Source: Eledone cirrhosa (lineage: Eukaryota). From it: a stretch of DNA of 64,000 nt. Shown here one piece after another: positions 38,900-49,839 of this stretch. The notes beneath the pieces were generated by a model. The model saw only the letters and a program-made list of their open reading frames with translations. It searched no databases and was not told the DNA's origin. The stretch is taken from positions 366,978,001 through 367,042,000 of the forward strand of contig OZ024743.1 in NCBI GenBank assembly GCA_964016885.1, in the 5' to 3' direction. The stretch's first letter is position 1. The number at the start of each line of letters is the position of its first letter. The position numbers and the translations under genes are program-made.

Positions 38900-39900
38900 A
38901 CAGTATTCACCTGGGGATTCTATTAAAGGCAGCAAATAGGCCGATAGAACAACTCAAAATGTTGTTTAATAAGTCTCTAAAGGAGAGACATTTTCCGGAA
39001 GATTGAAAACATACAATAGGAACAGCAATTCATAAAAAAAAAAAATGAATATTAAAAAAGAAGCCAACATCACAAGTAGTCAAACACACGGAAAAAAATT
39101 ATAAAGAAAGCAATTCTACATCTAATAAATAACTGACTTTAACTAAATATCAACATGGATTTTATGGAAGGGCATACTTGACAAAGATGTTGGAAAGAAT
39201 AGAAAACTGGTTAAATATGTATGTGATAAGTGAACTGTTTGATAAGAAAACACTTGATAGAGTGTACTTGGCATATGAGACAATGTTCGGGAATGTATTG
39301 GGAATCGACCTCAGTATTAGACTGGTACTTTTTTTATCGATCCCGAAAGGACGAAGGGCAAAATTGACCTCGGCGGGGTTTGAACTCAGAGCGCAGAGTC
39401 AGAACGAATATGCAAAGAATTCTATTTGGTGTTGTAACGACTTTGAAAATTCGCAGCCAACCAAATGTTAGGACTGATTAAACGCTCTTTTGATTATGTA
39501 TTTCATTAGATGTTATTCTTGGTTATACAAGTTATGAAACTACGTATGGAGTACGCTGTTCAGACATGCCTTGCACTTTTAAGGAAAGATATGAATGTTT
39601 TAGAAAAGGTTCAGAGATAAGAACTTGCAATATAAATAACGACTAGAAATATTCAATTTGACTAAATTGGGAGAAAGGAGAGAGGTGCGACGAAGTTGAA
39701 ACGTAAAATTATTATAGGATCGGAACAGGTTGTTAGCTCTCAATTCTTGAGGAATATATATAAACAGGTTAAGAGGAAATGGCAAAAAGACCTTTAAGAA
39801 ACAGAGCAGTAAAGAAATCAGAAAGTACTTCTCAAAGAGAGCAACTGACTCCTAGAACAAATTAACTGAAATAGTGAACTTGACCACGTTAAACCAATTT
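38900..39900 (+). mobile_element. Highly degraded CR1/L2-like LINE remnant interrupted by a SINE
   Basis: Residual LFNKSL..FPEDxK and QHGF..GR-like segments; no intact frame. Confidence 0.4.
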
Positions 39901-40970
39901 AAGAAAAAAACTATAAATCAAAATTCTTTAATAATAAAAGAAACTGTTCTCAATAATGAGATAAGCGAATAGAAAGCCACCAATAGGTGCATATTTAGTT
40001 TTGCTCATTTATATTGGTGAATACTATAGTACTAATACAGCGTGTTGTGAATATGGACGCATACGCAGAAAATGACTAAGTTCGTAGTTAATATTAGACA
40101 GGTCATTTATTTCAAACTAGTGGGAGGTTATTTAATGAGCTACAAACTTAAATAACAAACTCTCATATTAAACATGTAGATTAAATTGATTATAAAGATG
40201 AAACTGGAAATTATGATAAATTGGACAATAGAGTAACTGAATTTTCAGTGAGTAAAGATTGTTTTTCTTTAGTTTGTGATTTCATTATATATAGATTCAT
40301 TGATGTTAATTTTATATCAAACAACAGTGAATCAACAAACTAACAACAGATTAAAACTATAAACTGTAGAACTATAATTTAGTGAAGAAGAATATAAAAT
40401 AAAACATACGTGAAAACACGAAAGCCGGGAGAGTTGATAGATGGGACTCTTTAACTTCAGGAGAGACACAAGTAATTATACCGGAACTCACATGTTTTCT
40501 CACACACACACCTCTTAATCTTACGAAGTCTTTACGCTTACATCTCCAATCTGTTTGACACAGCAGCCAAATATCTTTCAATTTATTTAAAAAATGGAGA
40601 GAACATTGAATAGTATAGTCCAAGATATAGTGTTTAAAAAATAATGGATGGTAATGACTGGAATATCTTTGATTATAGGTCTCTTGGATTGACGTTAGAC
40701 AATAATAACATTAATTTGTGGTCAGTTTGTACGTGTTTATTAAGAGAGGAAAGTCAGTGCTTATTATCTGTGCAGGTCCTCTCAAACTGGTGTGATTGAC
40801 GCCCAGTCAAAACGTGCAGGCGGATGGGTACAAACCGGGAATAACAAGTCGTCTTCACTAAAATAACCAAAACGCCAGATGGTAGTGTGACACCGGTCGG
40901 CGTGTTAACTTTACCAGCTTTTATTCGTTTTAATGTGCATATTTTCTGGGTATTATTATAGAACACCCCA

Positions 40971-41155
40971 GGGTGGTGGATTGGCAGTATCGGTAGAGGG
41001 TCGGACGTCATGCTTTCCAGCATAGTTACGTCCCTTTACGATCTGAGTTCAAATCCCGCCGAGGTTGACTTTGCCTTTCATCCTTACGGGGTCGATAAAA
41101 TAAAGTACCAGTAATGCACTGGGTAATTGCTGGCCTTGTGCCTAAAGTAGAAACA
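40971..41155 (+). mobile_element. tRNA-derived SINE, full length
   Basis: A-box-like TGGCAGTATCGG, B-box GAGTTCAAATC, central GCCTTTCATCCTTACGGGGTCGATAAA; 19-bp TSD ATTATTATAGAACACCCCA (40952-40970, 41156-41174). Confidence 0.9.
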
Positions 41156-41160
41156 ATTAT

Positions 41161-41559
41161 TATAGAACACCCCACTCGATTTTAGTACAGAAAACATTTT
41201 TTTCCTCGTTTTTATTTTTCGTGTGCTATCAACTAATCTCACCTTCAAGATTTTGGCAATCAAATTTTTTCCCGGAGAATGGGATATGGTGGGGTGCCTC
41301 TCCTTCGGGTTTTCCCTACGCATATTTTTTCGCGTGCTATCAACGAAAACCTGTCGGAACCGACTAGATTTGTAGAAAAAGAAGGGTGACAGGGGTTAAA
41401 AGACCATCGGAGTTTTGCAGATCAACACACCTCTCGCATTTGTGGGAAATAATTACCTTTTCTTTTTTTCTGGACATCTTAAATGCTTGCAATCGACTTT
41501 TTCCCCTGATTAGGGTTACCGTTTTCCGGGAAAAAAGTCGATTGCAAGCATCTAAGGGT

Positions 41560-41590
<31 letters not shown>

Positions 41591-41906
41591 AAGGAAAGAT
41601 AATTATTTCCCGCCAAACGTGAGAGGTGTGTTGATCTGCGAAACTCCGATGGTCTTTTCGCCTCATTTCACCCTACTTTTTCTACAAATCTAGTTGTTTC
41701 GGACTGGTTTGGAGGTCCTACTCGTTGATAACACGCGAAAAAAAAGTTGTACGGAAAACTCCGAGGGGTGGGTGCACCCCATCCGGGAAAAAAGTCGATT
41801 GCCAGAATCTTGGAGGTTAGATTAGTTAATAGCACACGGAAACAAAAACAAAAAAAAACGAGAAAATTAAATTTTTTCACACTGAAATCGAGTGCGGTGT
41901 TCTATA
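41161..41906. mobile_element. Foldback/MITE: ~745-bp imperfect palindrome
   Basis: TATAGAACACCcCACTCGATTT ... AAATCGAGTGcGGTGTTCTATA termini; arms pair almost to the centre near 41510; TA-flanked; non-coding. Confidence 0.85.
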
Positions 41907-44232
41907 AATTTATCCTTTTCTATCATGCTTTTTTATTTTTCTTATACCCCCTTCATATACCCTTTTAGATTTTCAACACCAGAGTGAAATAACTAATGTT
42001 TTCAATTGTAAAATATATTTATACGCTTCAAATACAAACGAAATAAAATTGAAAGAGGTTATTTTGCCGGTAAGAGTGTCAGACACCATGCTTTGCAGCA
42101 TAGAGTTGCGGCCATTTATGATCTGACTTCAAATCCCACCGAGATTAGTTTTTACATTGTTCTGCAGCTCTAAATCCTCAAAGTTTCTGATTTAAAAAAA
42201 TCACTTTTTCCTCTAAAAAAAAAAGGAAATTTACAGAAAAACATCCCATTTTTCCTAATGTTTTTTTTTTGTGTATTTTCAATGAATCTGACATCCAAAT
42301 CAGTCGGAAGCGAATCGTTTTTTTAGATAATGGTGGGGGACTCTGGGAAGTTTCTTTGGTGGGAATTTTTTCTTCTTTTTTTTTTTTTAGTGTATTTTCA
42401 ACGAATCTAACCTCCAAATCAGTCTGTAATGACTCGTTTAGTGGGAAATTAAAAACAGTTTATCGTACATTTTCAACGAATCTGACCTCCAAATCCACCA
42501 GGAAATAACAATAAAATGGGAGTTGTAAGATCATGTACAATATGTTCGGCTATCTGTCTACATCAATTTGCCGTTATTTTAGAAACTCTTCTATATTATA
42601 CACTTTATCCCTTTCTTACTTCACGGAATCAAAACCTGCTGCAAATAGCTCCCCGTCCATATTTTCATTACAAATGTTCATGCTGAATATAAACCACATT
42701 GACTTCATGATAAAACAAGTCCATTTCTCCTCTATTCTGTCCTCCGGGACCGCGGGGCGGCCAGCGCACGGACCCCCATTTGTTCACAACAGTGAGAGAT
42801 GGGGAGAGACGAAGGCAGTGTCAGTGGGAGTTTGGTTCTTTTGTGTTAGGACCTGGTGTCCATATGTGTATATAAGAGAGAATGAGTCTTTCCCACTACC
42901 GTTTAAAAACCTGATATAGAAAAACCTCCATCACAGAAGAAAAAAAAAGTAAAAAAGAAAACGATAAACAGTAGCATCCCTATTTCAAAGTTCTCTTGTT
43001 ATTTCACACTTTACACTTGTAACAAAATTATTTTTTCGCCTTTTTCGTCCCCACCTTTTATTGTCATTGATTAAACTGTGAGTGTGTAGATGAAACATGT
43101 AAAAGGAAAAAAAAGAAGGGAAATAACTTTAATAATGTAACATCCAATTACGTGCCTTGAATTGCTATAATTATTATTGTTAATACGTTTTGGAGCGAGA
43201 GAGTTGCAGGAACGTTACCCACACAATGATAATTACTTAAGTTCCAATCCTGCCGAGGTCTACTTTTCCTTTGATGATTGCAGGTTCAAAAATTATCTCA
43301 AGATAATGAAATAGACAATAACATACGAAGTGAGTGAGAAAGTAAAAAAAGACACGATATCCATCACACTTAATTCCACATCTTTGATCATAGGTCTACT
43401 TGTAACCATCATTTCTGAGTTCAAATCCCGCCGAGGTTAACTTTGCCGTTCATCCTTACGGGGTCGATAAAATAAAGTACCAGTAATACACTGGGTAATT
43501 GCTGGCCTTGTGCCAAAGGTAGAAACAATTATATTATAATATTTCATTAAATTAATACGTAGAGTGAGGTATGGCAGTTTTATAGCAGGTCGAATGCTAG
43601 GACAAATGGTTGTGTTGTGGTGTTGATTCGGTTGTTGAGTGTGTACTCACTTGTGGATTGCTCAGTGGTGTGGTCACTGTTGTGTAGAGTGTAGGTGAGA
43701 GAAGCTTGATGTGCCTGATACAGTGTGACCAGAGATTGCACGTGTGCAAGTAAGTATTCATTATGATGATGATGATAATGTGATGTTTCCTTGGGTAAGT
43801 TATTTACCTTAATCACAAGAGTATCAAATTACTGCTACAGTTTCTCACGTCCCCATCAACAGAAGAGGTCTCTCAACCTTCTGGCATGGTTTCTGAGATC
43901 AGATGCCCTTCCTAATGCACGGAGTATATAGAGGCACCATCCTTAGGGATATATCGTCGTTCGAAGACAAATTGACTGTTTATACAAATCAATAGTGATA
44001 TAAATTTAATTTAATTTAAGATATAATAGCGATAATTGGAGCAATTAATTGTTTTTAAAAGTCAAACTCATGTTTATTTTAACTATAAATTTAATGAAGA
44101 TAGTTTCTAGATACACATTCTTTGCACAAAGCCGTGAAAACTAATTTTCAATTGTATTTATTTAAAATAGTCACGTGGTTTTCATATAAAAAGTGACATA
44201 TAAAATGCAAACCTGATCCATTTATGTAACAA

Positions 44233-44662
44233 CTAGCTGAGATACCCAGCTTCGCCCGAGTAAACAGATAATAAGAGAAGACAAGTAGAAGAGAAAACGA
44301 CTGTATAGGATGCGTTGTCTGGTTTACAGTATGAGGTGAGACCGTGGTGTGTGTGTAAAAAAAATATATATCAGTAAAAAATCTTTCAGATACACCAGAT
44401 TCTTCGTTTTACCGTTCATGCATAGTATATGAAGCAAAATCTTGAGAACTTGAACGGCACTTTGGTAGAGAAAGGGATGTGAGGAATAAATGCATTTTCT
44501 TCTTGATGATTGCCTCCCCAAAATAGTGATCTCTTAAAGATGGTTCATCATTCACCTGACTGTAAAGTGTGTGTGCCATTGCATAGATGTGGCAGGTCAA
44601 GGTTTCTCAAAATGATGATGGGAATTCCAATCTTTTATATTACATATAGATATAGAAATAGA
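44233..44662 (-). mobile_element. Non-autonomous Helitron relic (5' end at 44650 or 44662)
   Basis: Minus strand A|TC start and imperfect hairpin plus CTAG|T end; internal frames KIGIPIIILRNLDLPHLCNGT, AFIPHIP..VPFKF and KTKNLVY resemble the PIF1-like helicase C-terminus of Helitrons. Confidence 0.8.
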
Positions 44663-44693
44663 TAATCTATACATAATATAAAGAATTGGTTCC

Positions 44694-45032
44694 TTCGCAC
44701 ATCACACAAAAAAAGAAAAGTGACAATCGAAAAGTAAGTACAGCAATGGAATAAGGGTATATTGAGGGAGGTTTGTTGATACTCATTTTATAACATCAAA
44801 GAAGAAGAAAAGCATCATGGGTATGCTAACCAGCCTGACTGCTATTTCTAGCAGGTAGAGAATCAACCTACTAGAAATAGCAGTCGGGTTGGTTAGCATA
44901 CCCAGGATGTTTTTCTTTGATTTTGAAGAAGATCTTATGAAATGTGTATCAATAAACCTTCCTCGGTATACATTATTCCATTGGTGTATTGACTTTTAGA
45001 TTGTCAGTTTTCGTGTTTGTGTGATGTGCGAA
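44694..45032. repeat. 339-bp imperfect palindrome
   Basis: Perfect 17-bp termini TTCGCACATCACACAAA / TTTGTGTGATGTGCGAA; arms pair to a ~10-nt loop near 44857-44865. Confidence 0.9.
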
Positions 45033-45039
45033 CACACCA

Positions 45040-47156
45040 GCCAGCCAACAAACATATCTCTTTTTTCGCCCGAGAGTGTCCTCCCTTATATTCGCCCCCT
45101 GTTCTTTGGTGCTAAACTGTTTGATCACACAAAGCCCAATGGTGACTTCCTCCCCATAACAGTTGGGTACACCCTGCGACGGCTCCCTGCGAAACTATGT
45201 TTTGTCTCCAATTTCAGACTGCCTGTCCGCCGAATTTTCCCCTATTCAGCTAGGGATGGGTATCAAGCAGGGGTATGAGGTTGCCACTCACACCACCAGA
45301 GCATTTATCAACTTGCCTTCTGAACCTTATCCTCAAGCTAGATCTCCGAAATACTTTCAGTTCCATCAGTCGGGATGTTATCCTCCGTTCAGTAAAGGAG
45401 AGGACCTCTCAACTTTACCACTTTGCTTGACATGCCCATCGAAAGCACTCCTACCTCTCCTTCATTGACCATTTCATCCTATCTGCCACAGGGGTCCAAC
45501 AGGGTGACCTACTCGGCATTGATGACGTCACCAAGATGGGAGTTGACCTGGATTTGAATGTCTGGTATCTGGATGATGCTTGTTTGGGGAGTCCTCCAGA
45601 TAAGGTCCTTGCAATCGCGAAGACGATAACTGAGGAACTGGGTCGCAAAGGCCTTCTCGTCAACAGTTTCAAATTTGAGCTCTGGCTCCCCAACCATCCA
45701 GCTTCACATCAGCAGACTGTTAACCTGTTCACAAAGTCCTTCGCCTCCATTGCGGTTCCTTCCCTCCCTCATCAGCATGGTGCTCCATTGCAGCCCCAAT
45801 TACAGACCAAGCTTTCGAGTCCATCTTTCAGTTTAAGTTGGCTAACCTCGAGCAACTTTTAAAAAACCGCGAAGCCATTGAGCCTCAACAAGTTTTTTTT
45901 TTATACTTAGGAATTACTTGTCAATTCCTAAGTTGTTGTATTTCCTCAGAATTAGTCCCTCTTACAAGTCTTGCGATTAGGCTGCCTTGCCCAAACGATT
46001 TGGAGGTCTCAGTCTACGTAAATGCTCATCTTTGTTTCTACTTTGCTTTCTTTCCTCCATCTTCACTTGATGCCCTTTGATGGGTAATATCCTCTCCTTT
46101 CCAACATGGACTAATTCCACCAGAGAGATGGATGAAGCTTTACTACAGTGGAGAGAACTGGGTTTGTCACCTACCGATACTGATGAGGATAGACGAAAGC
46201 AGAGATTATGGGACAATCTGTGTTCGAGAAAAACTTTTAACTCTCTTTGATCATTCTGATCAATTTTCTAGGTGCTGCTTTCTTTCTGTAACCACAAAGT
46301 TCTGAGGGGACTGGATTGATGCCCTACCTGTGGCCAACATTGGTGGTCTTCTCAGTCAGGACAAGCTCCGCATCTCCATTGCACACCGTGTGGGAGCTGA
46401 TGTCTGAGGGGATCTGAGATGTCGCTGTGGGAGGTCCCTCGATTCCACAGGTCTACATGGTTTGTCCTGCCGCCTTAATGCTGGTTACTTCCTCCCTCCA
46501 CACCGAGCTAAACCTGACCATTAAGCGGGCTCTAGCTCGAGTTAATATCCCTTCGGTTCTGGAGCCTGCGGGATTATCCAAAAGTGAGGGGGAGAAACCA
46601 GACGGCCTTACGCTTTGTCTCTAGGTAAGAGGCAGGTGTCTCATCTGGGACGCCAGTCAGTGACTCTTTTGCTCCCTCTCACATCATGGAGACCGCGGTA
46701 AGTCTGAGGGTCACTGTTTCTGTTGCCGAACGGAATAAAATCCGAAAATACCGCGAACTATCAAACAATTATTTTTTCCAGCCTGTGACGTTCGAGACGT
46801 TTAGTGGAGTTGGGCCGCTGACAACGAAGTTCTTGTCATCGTTGGCGGCTCGCCTTACTGAGGTGTTCCAGCGCCTTAGCCTCGCCATCACCAATGGTAA
46901 TGCTGCGAGCGTATTGGCTTTCCTCAAACACTTCCGTTGACCTTTGTAGCGTGCGACCGATTGTCGGACTTGGTGGTGAATTGATGGTGGTTTTTGTTTC
47001 CCCCCCCCCCCCCCCTCTCGCTCTGATCGTGTATTTTGGAGTGTTTTATTTGTGAGGTTCATAGCAATAGTTAATTGTATTTATTATGTGTTTATATTTT
47101 CATTCTGAAAGAATTGTAAACAATTTGTAATATTATTTGTACAACTGTGAATAAAA
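45040..47156 (+). mobile_element. CRE-like non-LTR retrotransposon, 5'-truncated and decayed (copy 2)
   Basis: KPNGDFLPITVGYTLRRL, GVQQGDLLG and WYLDD (RT); CCHC knuckle; KPDGLTL...WD and FFQPVTFETF (RLE nuclease); the same 3' tacaactgtgAATAAA. Confidence 0.88.
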
Positions 47157-49074
47157 TATTGTGTTTATTTCTTTTAAGATATAAATGAAGTTGGACATTT
47201 AAATCAGTATAATTGTGATGTAGTTCTTAAATATTTTGACTTCGAATTCTATTGTTATCTTACTGACTTTTCATTAAAATCACATGAAATTATTGTAAAT
47301 ACATTTTGGCTGTGTGTGTTGGACTTTCGTTGGTTCCGACGATGATTGTTCCAGTTGTTAGATCAACGGAACAGCCCGTTCGCGAAATCAACGTGCAAGC
47401 GGCTGAGCATTACATAGACACGCGCACCGTTAATGTAGTTCTTAGCGAAATTCAACTTGACACAAATTATAATTAGGCTGACCCTTTTAATTACAAGTAC
47501 AACTACTTATTTCCAGCAGAGTGGGCAGGTATAACGTGAGTGTCTTGCCTTAGGACATAACGCGTTGCCAGGCTGTGTGTAATTTGGATATTGTAATTTG
47601 AAGGAGTAATTTAAATGTTTCTAGTTGTTTATGTCACTGCATTCAGTGATACACAGAAGTTTCGATTTACAAGTAATATTGGTACACAACACATTACTAA
47701 AGATTCTAGTCTGGTACGGAAGACATTTAATTTTATTCATAGTTGTATAAATAACATTACAAATGATATAATGAAAGATATATTCCTTTATAGCGAGGAT
47801 ACTGGTTGTATGAATGTAACAAAATGAGACAATGTTTGTGTATATAATATTTAATTAACGGTAGATGGAATACTTGACATGTCAAAGATAGATGTTAGAA
47901 TGAAACAAAGTTAGTAGTTACCGTTTTGATTGCCAGGCAAACGCGGCTGGCAGAGGGCGCCTGGCCTTAGCCAGGCGCCTGTTGGCCAAATTAATGGCAG
48001 AGCCCAAATGAGAAGACTCTTGACCTGGTGCCGAAAAGGCAAAGAGAGAGCGGAAGCCCAAAGTTGTTAGTTTTATAGGGCTCTGACCGGAAGTTGCAGA
48101 AAGGGTTCCACCTCCCGTCTAGATCCCAATCAAAACAAGGGAGACAACCGCTACATAACCTCCCGCCAGAATTTTAGTGTATAAAAATCGAAATGAAAAT
48201 ATGTAGCAAGTTGGCGAGAATTTTGTAACAGGCATGAAAATTACAAAAGAATGTTTGGAAAAATCAATGATAGATATCAAGGTAGCCAACCGCTCTTGGC
48301 CAGAGAACGACTGGACATCCATCTATCCATCACCCAAAGATACAATGTAATAAAGTAAAAGTAATAGAAGAGCTCAAAGTTCAAAATATAGTTCACAGGT
48401 GTGCAATCACATGACAGCAGGAAAGAAAGTGTGTTCCAGAGAATGAATGCAGGTGGTTTCTGTTCTGTGGTATATCGTGAAATTTCCAACCTCCGAATGG
48501 ATTTTCTCACAGGAAGAGTGCTGCAAAAATAAATTCTCTGGCTTTGGTGAAGCTGTGTTGATGTATTGCTGTTGCTGTTATATTGCTGTTGCTGCTGCTG
48601 TTGTCTCGCTGAGTGAGCGTATTCGGTGTTTAAATTCACAGTAAAAAAAATTTTTTTTTTAGAAAAAAAATGAGTTGCGCAAAGTGCTAGAAATAGCAGC
48701 CGAAGTTGATGGTCGATGTTGAGAATGCGTTGACCTGGAAGGGTCAAGAGGCCAGCGACCAGAGAAATAAGCATTCTTAATAAATGCGCGGTTATCAACG
48801 GTAAATTTACATTGTAAATTTATAAACCGGCAAATAGAAGAATATAGCTTAAGGCTGAAGAATCCTTGGGGGAGAAATGCTATCTCTGGCGTGCGGCTAT
48901 GTCTGTGAGTAAGAGACATCTCAGTGAATCGAGAATTTATGCTGCCTACACGTGCCAATACAAGGTTGAAAAAAAATATTTCTAACGCGCGAGAAAATGA
49001 TAGTGCAATTTTGAAAGTGACAATGATGAAAAAGAAAGGCTTCAATCAGCATAATTATAGGTGTGAACTTTTTG

Positions 49075-49105
<31 letters not shown>

Positions 49106-49531
49106 TGAACGATGAAGAAAACGAAGAACAAAAGGCAATGGTTCATCGAAAATAAATGTTCCTGTTGAAATGTTTTTTAAAGAATATCAAATTTCTTTTT
49201 TTTTTTTGTGTGTGTTTTGAAAGAGTTCGTTGTAAGAAACGAGAAACATATATATATATCGTGAAATGTTTTTTTTGTTTTGAAAGTGTTCGTTGTAAGA
49301 AACGAGAAACATATATATATATATTGGTGAAATGCGACAGTTAATTGATGCGTGAGAGAAAAAGTATGTCTGTGCGAATTCCACATGTGCGTGTGTGCGT
49401 GTCCTTGAGTATTTTCATAGTTTGTCGCTAAATTTGCCGTGTATTCGTAATGTTACTCACAAAACCAGATGTGCTATTTTTTTCTTTTTTTGGGGGTGAC
49501 CACTTATAGCGATGAACGGCTGCGTGTTCGT

Positions 49532-49549
49532 ATCACGTCAGGGTTACCA
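49532..49549 (-). other. Primer binding site complementary to the tRNA-Trp 3' end
   Basis: TGGTAACCCTGACGTGAT, 1 nt from the 5' LTR; 16/18 match to the complement of the canonical eukaryotic tRNA-Trp 3' end as recalled (TGGTGACCCCGACGTGAT). Confidence 0.8.
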
Positions 49550-49832
49550 ATATAGCGAGGATACTGGTTGTATGAATGTAACAAAATGAGACAATGTTTG
49601 TGTATATAATATTTAATTAACGGTAGATGGAATACTTGACATGTCAAAGATAGATGTTAGAATGAAACAAAGTTAGTAGTTACCGTTTTGATTGCCAGGC
49701 AAACGCGGCTGGCAGAGGGCGCCTGGCCTTAGCCAGGCGCCTGTTGGCCAAATTAATGGCAGAGCCCAAATGAGAAGACTCTTGACCTGGTGCCGAAAAG
49801 GCAAAGAGAGAGCGGAAGCCCAAAGTTGTTAG

Positions 49833-49839
49833 TTTTATA
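49833..49839 (-). promoter_or_regulatory. TATA box in the 5' LTR (also at 48071-48077 in the 3' LTR)
   Basis: ccctTATAAAA-type motif on the minus strand about 80 nt into the LTR, next to a CCGGAAGT ETS-like site. Confidence 0.55.

Noticed and set aside
40971-41060. tRNA gene (A and B boxes present)
   Set aside because: No convincing cloverleaf; it is the head of a multi-copy SINE flanked by TSDs.
48277-48798. 173-aa ORF with a poly-Q stretch inside the LTR element
   Set aside because: Low-complexity (CAG/CAA) repeat, no gag zinc knuckle or pol motifs, non-ATG start; probably chance.
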